DNA from: Candidatus Bathyarchaeia archaeon | Lineage (GTDB): Archaea > Thermoproteota > Bathyarchaeia > Bathyarchaeales > Bathycorpusculaceae | Direction: 5' to 3' | DNA length: 25,880 nt | Assembly: GCA_038883795.1 (NCBI GenBank) | Contig: JAVZLK010000021.1 | Location: forward strand, 1 to 25,880 | Part shown: positions 8,051-16,361 of the stretch, in pieces | Position numbering within the stretch: the first letter of the stretch is position 1 | Layout: each line of letters begins with the position of its first letter | Made by a program: the position numbers and the translations under genes | The notes under the pieces: generated by a model | Database searches by the model: none | The model's input: the letters and a program-made list of their open reading frames with translations, nothing else | What the model was told of the DNA's origin: nothing

Positions 8051-9306
8051 CGGAATTGTCATTTATACAAACGCCAAACACACTTAATATTAGAAGCGCA
8101 ATAGAGGCACGGAGCTGTTTTTATGATTCTGCCGGTTTTCTCAAATTTTTAAAGGTTTGCGGATGGAAAAGCGAGTACGTAAGTGTCAATGCTCTTCTTA
8201 AGCATCTTTGGCGTAAATCCAGAAGCGAAGCATCAAGGAAAGCATATTTAAGACAAGTGTATTTGCTTTGCTCCGCCACCGGCTTTACACCAGACGAGCT
8301 TATAGCGTTGCCTAAAGAGAAAATAGAAGAAATCGTTCAAGACTACGCTGATTACTACAATGATGGAAGGCATAGTATTAGATACGTCAATAACATACTC
8401 CACCTCCTTAAAGGTTTTTTCAAGGCAAACGGCTTCAAAGGGGCTAAAGCGTTAGAGATTGAAAGCCATTACATGCCCTCAAGGTATCGGAAAAGACCAG
8501 AATACATTCCTAAGAAACATGAAATATATGCGATGGCTGACTCTGCCTGCTCGCTTCGCGATCGCTCGATAATTTTAACGATATATAGTAGTGGGCTGAG
8601 AAACGCTACGCTAAGGGCATCTCTTTATAGAGATGTGGAAGACGAGCTTAGAAAGGGCATAGATAACATTATGATTCCAGTCTACCCAGAAATGAAATTG
8701 ATAGATCCGAATGCATGCAAAAACAACATCCCTTATTACACCTTCATCTGTGAGGAAGCTACACAAGCGCTTAGGCTTTACCTTCGTGAACGTGAAGAAA
8801 AGTACGGAAAAATTATGCCTAACGAGCCGCTTTTTGCTTCAGACTACAACCAAATACCAAAAGACCAGCGCTCCTCAAAAGTAATGAGCGCGAGGCAACT
8901 CCAGAAAGTTGTTAAGCAAACAGCAAAAAGGGCAAGGTTGCCACAATGGCAATACGTTACACCACACTGCTTACGCAAAGCCTTTGAAACAGTACTCCAC
9001 AGCGAACTCGTCGACGGCGGACACCTTGACCCCAAAATTCAAGAATTCTTCATGGGACACATACTTCCCGGGACTCAGGACGCATACTTTAACAAAATGG
9101 ATGTGGAATATTTACGAGCAGAATACGCGAAACTAAACTTCGGCAGAGTAGTCGTTGAAAACAAGTTTAAAATTCTGCGGATGGCTGTAGCCAGAGCCTT
9201 TGAGGGCACAGGCATAGACCCAGATAAAGCCATTGAAGAATACGTTCAAATGCGCTTATATGACAGTAAAAACTCCCAAACTAAATTAAATCACACTGTT
9301 TCATGA
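8047..9306 (+). CDS. Tyrosine recombinase 2
   Basis: SSGLRNATL, ACKNN, PHCLRK, FMGH and QDAYF give a full R-K-H-R-H-Y set. Confidence 0.92.
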   Translation: MTELSFIQTPNTLNIRSAIEARSCFYDSAGFLKFLKVCGWKSEYVSVNALLKHLWRKSRSEASRKAYLRQVYLLCSATGFTPDELIALPKEKIEEIVQDYADYYNDGRHSIRYVNNILHLLKGFFKANGFKGAKALEIESHYMPSRYRKRPEYIPKKHEIYAMADSACSLRDRSIILTIYSSGLRNATLRASLYRDVEDELRKGIDNIMIPVYPEMKLIDPNACKNNIPYYTFICEEATQALRLYLREREEKYGKIMPNEPLFASDYNQIPKDQRSSKVMSARQLQKVVKQTAKRARLPQWQYVTPHCLRKAFETVLHSELVDGGHLDPKIQEFFMGHILPGTQDAYFNKMDVEYLRAEYAKLNFGRVVVENKFKILRMAVARAFEGTGIDPDKAIEEYVQMRLYDSKNSQTKLNHTVS

Positions 9307-9730
9307 AAACTTTAATGTTTCTTTTTGCTACTTCTAAATCTTTCAAGTCTTTCTCATCCAAAATGATATAATACCAGTAAACGCCTAACTTATTGCCAAT
9401 TATAGACATAAGATTATTGAGATATTCATCATCCCAATTTGTTGCAATAATAAAAATTGCGGAGCAACCCTTTGCCAGAGACGCCAATGTCATCTCTCCA
9501 ACTATACTTCTCCAATCCTCATTCAAAGCTATCTCAATAATTAACGGTCTACCCTTACGCTCCCAAACTACATCAGGCAAGTATTCAATGTGCTTTTTCC
9601 CAAGCCTAATGTCAATCGGTTCAGAATCTCCACTATAAACTCTATAGTACGGTTTTCCCTTGAAATCCTTAACACTTCTTCCCAATTCCAAAAGATACTC
9701 TTTTAAAACATCATGTGTTCTTTCAGACAT
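9281..9730 (-). CDS. Small PD-(D/E)XK-fold nuclease-like protein
   Basis: THDVLK...EYLPDVVW...LIIEIAL (H...PD...E-x-A). The 3' end overlaps recombinase 2 by 26 nt. Confidence 0.65.
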   Translation of the reverse strand: MSERTHDVLKEYLLELGRSVKDFKGKPYYRVYSGDSEPIDIRLGKKHIEYLPDVVWERKGRPLIIEIALNEDWRSIVGEMTLASLAKGCSAIFIIATNWDDEYLNNLMSIIGNKLGVYWYYIILDEKDLKDLEVAKRNIKVFMKQCDLI

Positions 9731-9910
9731 TATAGTTCACTTTTACTACGGATTAGCAAGTATCAAGCCTATAAAAATTAATTGATTGCAACTATGAAAG
9801 TGTACTTGACAAAGTTTTGCAGTACTGACAATGGGCAATTTAAGCACATAATTATAACGCTGGAACAACTAAAAATAAAAGCAAAAACCAAAATAAAAGA
9901 TGTAAAAATA

Positions 9911-11647
9911 TCACTGCGCATAATTTAAGATACTTAATTGCTTCGATTTAGGGACAGGTCTTCCGGTTGAAACTTGGGAGATTATATTTGTCCCAGATTG
10001 GTTGTCCTTTTTTGACACGTTATCATCTCCGTGAATAAGTGGCATTTTTTGCTGAACTTTAATAAATGAATCCAGTGACATCCCTTTTGGTATAGTTGGT
10101 TTTACATCTTTTTCTTCTGTGATTCTTAGCTTTTCTACCGTATATTCGGCTTTTTGAGAGGATTCAGCTCGTTGAACATGACTTTTATCTTGATCAGTGC
10201 TTTGTTGCATAAGCCGATTTGAGACAACATGTTCCGAGCTGGATGGCTGTTGCTGTTCTAACTTTTCTAAAATAAGTTGTGTATGAGACTTGGCACCTAT
10301 TTCTGATATTTGCTTTATCACAGATTTTCTCCAAACTACAATTTTGCCAGAAGGTAATGTTGCTTCAAAATGCCAGCCTTGCTGCAAAAATGACTGTAAT
10401 TCATTTTCATCAACTACACGCTCCTCTTTCTCAACTCGAACGAGGGGCTCAAAATTTAGGCGGGAGTACTTTTCCCGTAACTCTTCAATTTTCTTAGGAA
10501 AGTACTCTTCCTGAACTCCAGACAATTTATGCCCAAACAAATGTTCACGCTCTTTCACATCTAATTTGACATCTTCTGGCTGATTGCGGAGAAAGATCTC
10601 AAATGTCTTCCGTAAACAATGTGGATAAACATACCTCCAATACTCAAGTCCAGCCCTTTGAGCGTTGCTTTTAACAATGTATTGAAGTTCACGACCCGAA
10701 ATAGGTGTCATAAGCCTTACTGTTAGGGACAACCTTCTATTCTCGGTATGAAATATTGGTTGGTCGTCTTTTAGCGGTCCATACTTCCTTTCCAATTCAT
10801 CTATATATAAACAGAGAAGTTCAGTAACCATAGGCGGTATAAATGTAACGTAGATGCGATTATTCTTACACGCTTCTGGAACACGTGTTTTCATTATAGG
10901 ATGGACAATTATGGCAATGCACCTTTCGCCTCTCTGAAGTTGTTTCTTGATAGTATACTCCCGATAGTTTGGTTCCGAGTATCTCTCATTGTATACTAAG
11001 GCTCTAAGTGTTGAATTTCGAAGTCCAGTATAAATCAACAGCAAAATAATAAGACGGTCACGTAGGCTTCCAGCCACCTCCGCCATCCTCCACGCTTCTT
11101 TCAATTCTGGTATATATTCTTGCCTCCTTCTCTGTTCGCCACGTCCCCGCACGCTAAAATTTTCGATTTCCAAGTCGACTTTGTTCACTTTAAAGAAGGT
11201 GTTGAGGGACGCCAAAAAGTTATTTGCGTAGCGAAAAGAGCCGTTTTCAAAACGTTCCAGCGCAAGCTTCCGAAGCAGGCGAGCCGTTTGCTCAGGATTC
11301 TCTCTTGCCAACGAAATTAGCTCGTCGGGACTGATAACGTTAAAATTAAGCTCCTCGGCAACCTTACTCCACTTATTCCTTGACTTGCTTAGTTTACCAT
11401 CCGCTTTGCTACCATTCAAGGTCTGTTGCGACTCATTTCCCTTAGAGGGTGGACGAAGCCCTATAGTTACCCATAAACATGCCACCCAAAGATTGTAACA
11501 ATACACATTCCTAGAAGCTGTACTTTTTGTTTCACCTCGAAGACGTTCCAAAAGGCGATCAACACTCTCAAACTCACTTGACCAACCATCAACTGAAAGC
11601 CGCAAAAACCTCCGCCAAAAACCATTCTCATACTCCGACTTCATCAA
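9911..11647 (-). CDS. Tyrosine recombinase 3 with a long C-terminal tail
   Basis: YTGLRNSTL, ACKNN, PHCLRK, LFGH and QEEYF, then ERVVDENELQSFLQQGWHFEATLPSGKIVV and a polar low-complexity tail. Confidence 0.92.
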   Translation of the reverse strand: MMKSEYENGFWRRFLRLSVDGWSSEFESVDRLLERLRGETKSTASRNVYCYNLWVACLWVTIGLRPPSKGNESQQTLNGSKADGKLSKSRNKWSKVAEELNFNVISPDELISLARENPEQTARLLRKLALERFENGSFRYANNFLASLNTFFKVNKVDLEIENFSVRGRGEQRRRQEYIPELKEAWRMAEVAGSLRDRLIILLLIYTGLRNSTLRALVYNERYSEPNYREYTIKKQLQRGERCIAIIVHPIMKTRVPEACKNNRIYVTFIPPMVTELLCLYIDELERKYGPLKDDQPIFHTENRRLSLTVRLMTPISGRELQYIVKSNAQRAGLEYWRYVYPHCLRKTFEIFLRNQPEDVKLDVKEREHLFGHKLSGVQEEYFPKKIEELREKYSRLNFEPLVRVEKEERVVDENELQSFLQQGWHFEATLPSGKIVVWRKSVIKQISEIGAKSHTQLILEKLEQQQPSSSEHVVSNRLMQQSTDQDKSHVQRAESSQKAEYTVEKLRITEEKDVKPTIPKGMSLDSFIKVQQKMPLIHGDDNVSKKDNQSGTNIISQVSTGRPVPKSKQLSILNYAQ

Positions 11648-11659
11648 AACACCCCATTT

Positions 11660-12169
11660 TTAATGCGATCCCAAATGCCATAACGTAAAATTGAACGCAA
11701 CCAATTTGAACGCAACCCATAAAAACCTTGAACGAACCACTAATGACGCACAAAAATTTTTGTACGGCTCTGGGGTTTCGTTAAAGGTTCTTATGAGCAG
11801 GGGTTTTTCCGGGTCGTCGGTGCGGAGTATTTCGATTTTTTCTCCTGTTAATTTTTTGAGTGTTTGTAGGGTTTCTGCTTCTTTTGTGTTGTTTGGGTAT
11901 GAGATGATGAAGTCCGTTTGATTAGTGCATGTGATTATGGCTGTTGTGATTTCATCGTCAACTTCGACTTTTTTTAACAATCCTGCGATTTCTTGCCAAG
12001 CTTGAAGGTGTATTTCTTTTTGCTTTGTTAGCAGTAGTTGTTCCATGAGTCTTGTAAGTGCGTATCTGTAGAACCCGCTTCTTGTGTAGCCTATTTGGTG
12101 ACGGAGGTTTTCTATTTCCTCATCAAGTTTTTTGGGGATCCATAATACGCGACGAACTCCTTTTTCCAT
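11660..12169 (-). CDS. RHH-domain protein upstream of recombinase 3
   Basis: VRRVLWIPKKLDEEIENLRHQIGYTRSGFYRYALTRLME is RHH-like. GGAGGA ribosome-binding site upstream. 12-nt gap to the recombinase. Confidence 0.75.
   Translation of the reverse strand: MEKGVRRVLWIPKKLDEEIENLRHQIGYTRSGFYRYALTRLMEQLLLTKQKEIHLQAWQEIAGLLKKVEVDDEITTAIITCTNQTDFIISYPNNTKEAETLQTLKKLTGEKIEILRTDDPEKPLLIRTFNETPEPYKNFCASLVVRSRFLWVAFKLVAFNFTLWHLGSH
11691..11738. repeat. Three direct repeats TTGAACG(C)AACC
   Basis: Exact 12-mers at 11691-11702 and 11706-11717, and a 1-nt-shorter copy at 11728-11738. Confidence 0.85.
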
Positions 12170-12270
12170 CTTTTATCCTCCTTCGTGCTTGTCATAATTA
12201 TAGGTGCCGAAGCTGAAAAAGTTTAATAATTTTAACCTAACTTAACTAACTGAATAGAGAATCGAAGCGT

Positions 12271-12951
12271 GTGTGGAAAATGATCAGTAAAAAAGATTAT
12301 CGGTTACGTACAAGCCCTTCCGAGAGGAAGGTGAAAGCGCAGAATATGATAAGAGAAACATTAATGAAAGGTGAGAAACGTTTTACTGATTTGCTTCTTG
12401 AGACTGGTTTAAGCCGCCCCGCTCTCTCGTATAACTTAAGAGAGTTAGAGGAAAAAAGTGAAGTTGAGAGTCGAATAGATTCTAATGATCTGCGAGTGAA
12501 GTTTTATTCTTTAACTGAAAAGGGGATAAATGCATATAAAAGGCAAAAAGACATCGAGAATTTAAGCTCATTCAGGTATTTTCCGTTTTCAATAGGTGAA
12601 TTTATACAAGCACTTGGTACATTATTCCGGGATCTCATGGAAGTGTACGGTGATGCCGTACACTACGCATACTCGGATTATAAAGTGCCCCCAATTAAAA
12701 AAGAGTCTCAGGATATCATTAAAAAATGCGTCACATTCTCCTTTTATTTTGAAGAGGATTTAAAAGGAGAGAACCCCTATCAAGTCTTTAGACAAACTTT
12801 AAAAGAATTTGCACAAGTAGCTGTATTGGCGGCTTCTTCTCATGATGTTAACATAGAGCGTTTAAAACGATTACCAAATTTATTTTTTGTGTTTAAACTT
12901 GATAAAGAGAGGCTCATTAATGAATGCCAAGGAAGAACAAAAGGCAGTTAA
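12271..12951 (+). CDS. Winged-helix transcriptional regulator (ArsR/MarR/HxlR-like N-domain)
   Basis: GEKRFTDLLLETGLSRPALSYNLRELEEKSEVE...FYSLTEKG. The start may be ATG 12280. BRE/TATA-like GAAAAAGTTTAATA lies upstream. Confidence 0.85.
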   Translation: MWKMISKKDYRLRTSPSERKVKAQNMIRETLMKGEKRFTDLLLETGLSRPALSYNLRELEEKSEVESRIDSNDLRVKFYSLTEKGINAYKRQKDIENLSSFRYFPFSIGEFIQALGTLFRDLMEVYGDAVHYAYSDYKVPPIKKESQDIIKKCVTFSFYFEEDLKGENPYQVFRQTLKEFAQVAVLAASSHDVNIERLKRLPNLFFVFKLDKERLINECQGRTKGS

Positions 12952-13209
12952 AAAGGAGTGAGGGAATTTTTAATGTGGGGGTTGGAAGCAACTTTCGATG
13001 CATGTAAAACCTATTAAGGAAGATAATTGAAAATGTCTTTGAGCAATTAGCTAATTGAAAGCTACAAAGGATGGGAAGAAGCAAAATTGATGGAGGAGAA
13101 TTTTGGAAATATGGGTTAAAGTTCTTTTTCTAATGTTGAGTGGCGGAAAGTTGAAGGGGGGATTGCTGTTAGACCGGTTAATCAGCCTGGGGCGGAGAGG
13201 ATCGTTGAG

Positions 13210-13491
13210 ATGTCGGCTGATGTTAGGGATAGGGTTTGGGAGTGGCTTCACAACCCTAAAGTGGTCGATAGAGAGGAGTGGGTGAAGGTGAGGGAGCCCA
13301 TAAGGGCTATTATAGCCGAAGTAACAGACGTCATACTGCGATTTGGTTCTCCTTTACAACGCGAAGTCTTCAAAAAAGAAATAGAAGAACCTATTGAAAT
13401 TTCACTTACAGAAAACCTGTCACTAAGTAAACCTAAATTATGTTTTCTGGTTCTAAATTCGGTTGGATTAAGGGTGGATCGGCGAATATAG
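13210..13491 (+). CDS. Hypothetical protein, possibly a 5'-disrupted gene remnant
   Basis: The frame stays open and protein-like upstream to a TAA at 13117-13119 (SNVEWRKVEGGIAVRPVNQPGAERIVE), so the true start may have been lost. Confidence 0.4.
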   Translation: MSADVRDRVWEWLHNPKVVDREEWVKVREPIRAIIAEVTDVILRFGSPLQREVFKKEIEEPIEISLTENLSLSKPKLCFLVLNSVGLRVDRRI

Positions 13492-13682
13492 TTTTAGCCT
13501 CCCAAACGGCATTGTCTAAACTTTTTCCTGTTTGGAGAAGACAAGAAAAACTAACCAAATTTTGCAAAACTAAGTAGCTACACCCATTCTTTCAAATCCT
13601 AAAGGATTGCGTTTTATAACAAAGCTGAAAAATGATTGATTTCGTAGGTGTTAAAAGCAAAAATTGGCTTTAAAAACCGAAA

Positions 13683-13703
13683 TTAACTACGTTTCGTAGT
13701 TAA
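13683..13703. repeat. Perfect inverted repeat TTAACTACG-TTT-CGTAGTTAA
   Basis: 9-bp arms with a 3-nt spacer in a roughly 300-bp gap rich in palindromes. Confidence 0.85.
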
Positions 13704-13790
13704 ATGCTTGAAATAGCCTTATTTTATAAAATTTTTGCAAAAAGCTTAAATTTTTGGCGTTGGAGAAAATTTTGTGGTGATTGTGGGCGT

Positions 13791-14276
13791 ATGCTTGAAT
13801 ATAAGGGTTATGGGGAGTGTGTTAATTCGCAACCGGAGGGTGAGTGGATAAAGATTTGGGTTCAAAACACATTGAAGTGGAATAGGGAGGATGATATTTT
13901 CCTTACGGCGACAAAGTATTGGGATGGTGACATGTGGTGTAGGACTGCTGTTCAGAGGGATGATGAGTGGAGTTTTTGCGCGTATATTAGTCTCGACAAT
14001 TATGAGAAGGACATAGAGGAGATTAAAGATTTAATTAGCAGAATTAAGCAGAGTGACGATGAAATTTATGTTTGTGTCTTTAGATGGAGTGATGGAATGT
14101 GGGAGTTCCGAGAATGGCTTCATCTGTTGTCATGGTCTCCAACATGCACCAATTTCACAGCAGCCTTAGACCCTGAAGTATGGAGAGAATGGTTCAGCAG
14201 TCACCAGATAAAGAAGAAACCAGACCCAGAGATTCAGAAACTTTTAGCACGTAACCCTATTTTTTACAACGCTTAG
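13791..14276 (+). CDS. Hypothetical Trp/acidic-rich protein
   Basis: GGTGA at 13776-13780 before ATG 13791 favours this start over 13704. No family recognised. Confidence 0.7.
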   Translation: MLEYKGYGECVNSQPEGEWIKIWVQNTLKWNREDDIFLTATKYWDGDMWCRTAVQRDDEWSFCAYISLDNYEKDIEEIKDLISRIKQSDDEIYVCVFRWSDGMWEFREWLHLLSWSPTCTNFTAALDPEVWREWFSSHQIKKKPDPEIQKLLARNPIFYNA

Positions 14277-14279
14277 AGT

Positions 14280-14810
14280 TTAACGTTGGTTATTAATAGT
14301 AATGATGTGTGCGTCTGGAATTTTAGAAGGGTCTATTAACAGAGTTGTTATTATGATTTGAATTCCAAGACGCTTAAGTTCCTCGAAAAGCGAAGTAATC
14401 ATGTCCTTTGGAATTCTGTCAAAGGAGTCGTCTGCTAATAGACATTGATAGCCTCTTAAAGGGTCTTGTTCACTGCTAAAGCCTCTTATTTTTATGGAGT
14501 CTTGTCCTGGAAACAGTTTTACTTCTATTGTGCCTTCGCCGAGAACTCTTTTAGTGAAATATTTGTGTTTGATACCAAAAGCGTATAGAATGGACCTTAT
14601 TATTGTTGATTTGCCGCTTCCGCATAGTCCATGAATCACGTTAATGGAGTTCGCATTGAAGGTAGCTTCAAAGTTTTCGAAAGGTCCTACCTTAGTCAGT
14701 TTTAGCTTTTCTATTTGGAAGGGCAACAAGTATGTTTCTTCGTAAAAGGAACATTCGCGCCCCATTTCAGCTAACATTTTTTGTAAATGTTGAGCAGTTT
14801 TGGGCTGCAT
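14280..14810 (-). CDS. Miniature Rad50/SbcC/OLD-type ABC ATPase
   Basis: IEKLKLTKVGPF..., Walker A GLCGSGKS, Walker B-like CLLADD, final strand QIIITT. No coiled coil or LSGG signature is visible. Confidence 0.75.
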   Translation of the reverse strand: MQPKTAQHLQKMLAEMGRECSFYEETYLLPFQIEKLKLTKVGPFENFEATFNANSINVIHGLCGSGKSTIIRSILYAFGIKHKYFTKRVLGEGTIEVKLFPGQDSIKIRGFSSEQDPLRGYQCLLADDSFDRIPKDMITSLFEELKRLGIQIIITTLLIDPSKIPDAHIITINNQR

Positions 14811-15070
14811 TAATTTCTTTCCTCTAACAGTCTGAGCGTCTTCATGAATTTTTCCATAGCATTCTTCATCATAACAAAATATTCCAGCTGTCCAGTTTCA
14901 TCAAACATTATAGCTGCACATAAACACTCATCAATACATTGCCTAAGCTTACATCTGTCTTCTTCAGTTAACTTTGCAACCATATGTTCTGCCCTTTCCA
15001 AAACATCCATTTTACCATCTACCTTAAAACAGCTGATATCAAACAAAAGCTTTTCTAAATTATCTTGCAA
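14810..15070 (-). CDS. Small helical protein coupled to the ATPase
   Basis: TAATG stop/start overlap at 14810. Amphipathic helical composition. Confidence 0.65.
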   Translation of the reverse strand: MQDNLEKLLFDISCFKVDGKMDVLERAEHMVAKLTEEDRCKLRQCIDECLCAAIMFDETGQLEYFVMMKNAMEKFMKTLRLLEERN

Positions 15071-15088
15071 AAATCCAGAAGTCGTGAG

Positions 15089-15706
15089 TTATATTGGTTG
15101 AGATTTTGTGCGTTCTTTTAGAATTGCTTGGAATGTCAAAACGCTAAGGGCTATTCCGATAATGCTTAATCCTGAATAGAGGTATAATTGGTCAGTTGCT
15201 TCTTTCGGGATGTATTCTGTGCGATATTTTGTTACGGGTTCTTGCCATGTTAGTTTTGCTTGTGCGGAATATAGTTTAATGGTTGTGAGCACCCATGGGT
15301 TTGAAACTGCTATGTAGTATGTGTCTGCGTTTTCTATTGTTTTTGTCAGTGTTCCGGAATTGCAATATTTAAAAGCTGTATACCATGATGTCGTTCCAAG
15401 TAGCTTGAATTGTTGAAACTGGTTCTCTGTGAGGACAAAAATGTAAAGGCAGCCATCGGCACTCCAAGAAACAGAAACTGACTTGCCAGACTCGATGCTA
15501 AGGCTCCAATAGACGAATTGACCACCACCAAGATTTCTATTCTCAACGCTTCCAATTGCATTTTCTCTACTTTCCATATCAGTATATGGAACTTGTACTG
15601 GTTCTTGAATGATGATTTTATGAGGAGAAACAAAATTCATTAAACAAAGCATAGAACCAGAAATAATTAGAATAAAGCTAATTATTTGCAAGTATGTGAG
15701 CTTCAT
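15089..15706 (-). CDS. Membrane protein with N- and C-terminal TM helices and a beta-sandwich (GOLD/PPC-like) middle
   Basis: Hydrophobic termini. The middle includes VSVSWSADGCLYIFVLTENQF...GTLTKTIENADTYYIAVSN. Confidence 0.7.
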   Translation of the reverse strand: MKLTYLQIISFILIISGSMLCLMNFVSPHKIIIQEPVQVPYTDMESRENAIGSVENRNLGGGQFVYWSLSIESGKSVSVSWSADGCLYIFVLTENQFQQFKLLGTTSWYTAFKYCNSGTLTKTIENADTYYIAVSNPWVLTTIKLYSAQAKLTWQEPVTKYRTEYIPKEATDQLYLYSGLSIIGIALSVLTFQAILKERTKSQPI

Positions 15707-15818
15707 AAATTCCTCAAAATAAATACAATCAAAAAGGATTTATAAAACTACCTTAGCTAAGGAAAACGTCACCTCATCAACCATTTCTTCGAATTTTGGA
15801 TATGTTCTTTCGGCTTTG

Positions 15819-15987
15819 CTACCTTTGTGAGAGGATGAACCCAGCGACTATGGCAATGGCTAGAATGACTAAAAGAATTATGCCAACAATTGCCATGAAT
15901 GGACTTATAGGATATAAAGCAGTTAATAGGATTACGCCAATTGCAATGAAAAGTATGGCTACAATGATGCCTATGACCTTTCTTCAA
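15819..15987 (-). pseudogene. Two-TM small membrane protein with a 1-nt frameshift just after the start
   Basis: TTG AAG AA(A)G GTC: removing one A gives MKKVIGIIVAILFIAIGVILLTALYPISPFMAIVGIILLVILAIAIVAGFILSQR*. The two ORF-track calls here are off-frame shadows. Confidence 0.65.
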
Positions 15988-16050
15988 TTCCGGAACCCAA
16001 TTACTAAAAATCATTATTTATGATTTTAATTTGATGTTAACGCATGTATG

Positions 16051-16209
16051 TTAGAATTTAATCTCTCCTTTCTCTATTAATTCTTTTACTTTCATTATGG
16101 CGTATTGAACTGCGTGGCTTCTGTCTGCAAAATAGCCTTTTTCTACTTGTTCATCAATCCATCTTATAAGTTCTGGTAGAATGCTGACGGTTAGTTTGAC
16201 TTTTACCAT
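16051..16209 (-). CDS. Ribbon-helix-helix (CopG/Arc/MetJ) regulator, 52 aa, not in the ORF track
   Basis: MVKVKLTVSILPELIRWIDEQVEKGYFADRSHAVQYAIMKVKELIEKGEIKF is a classic archaeal RHH pattern. Divergent from 16362. Confidence 0.9.
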   Translation of the reverse strand: MVKVKLTVSILPELIRWIDEQVEKGYFADRSHAVQYAIMKVKELIEKGEIKF

Positions 16210-16361
16210 TTAAACCCTGTAGAAATCGTATGATTTGTTCGATGTTTAGGGCTTATCTGTGATTATAAGCACTTGTAAGTAAAAGTTATAAGTCTGAAAG
16301 TTCATATTAGTATTTAGTAAGACATAATACAGCCTATTCCAAAATTTAAAGGTGAATAATA

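Noticed and set aside
9802-9831. Imperfect direct repeat GTACTTGACAA / GTACTGACAA
   Set aside because: Only two short imperfect copies, too weak to call without conservation data.
831-11647. RIT (recombinase-in-trio) element
   Set aside because: The three recombinases are not adjacent or co-oriented, and the first belongs to a clearly different subfamily.
6503-12233. 11-bp inverted match AAAATTATTAA / TTAATAATTTT as ends of an invertible segment
   Set aside because: Pure A/T sequence in promoter regions, expected by chance.
15769-16023. ORF-track calls 15769-16014 (-) and 15796-16023 (+)
   Set aside because: The His-rich and Met-rich translations are off-frame and antisense shadows of the frameshifted two-TM gene.
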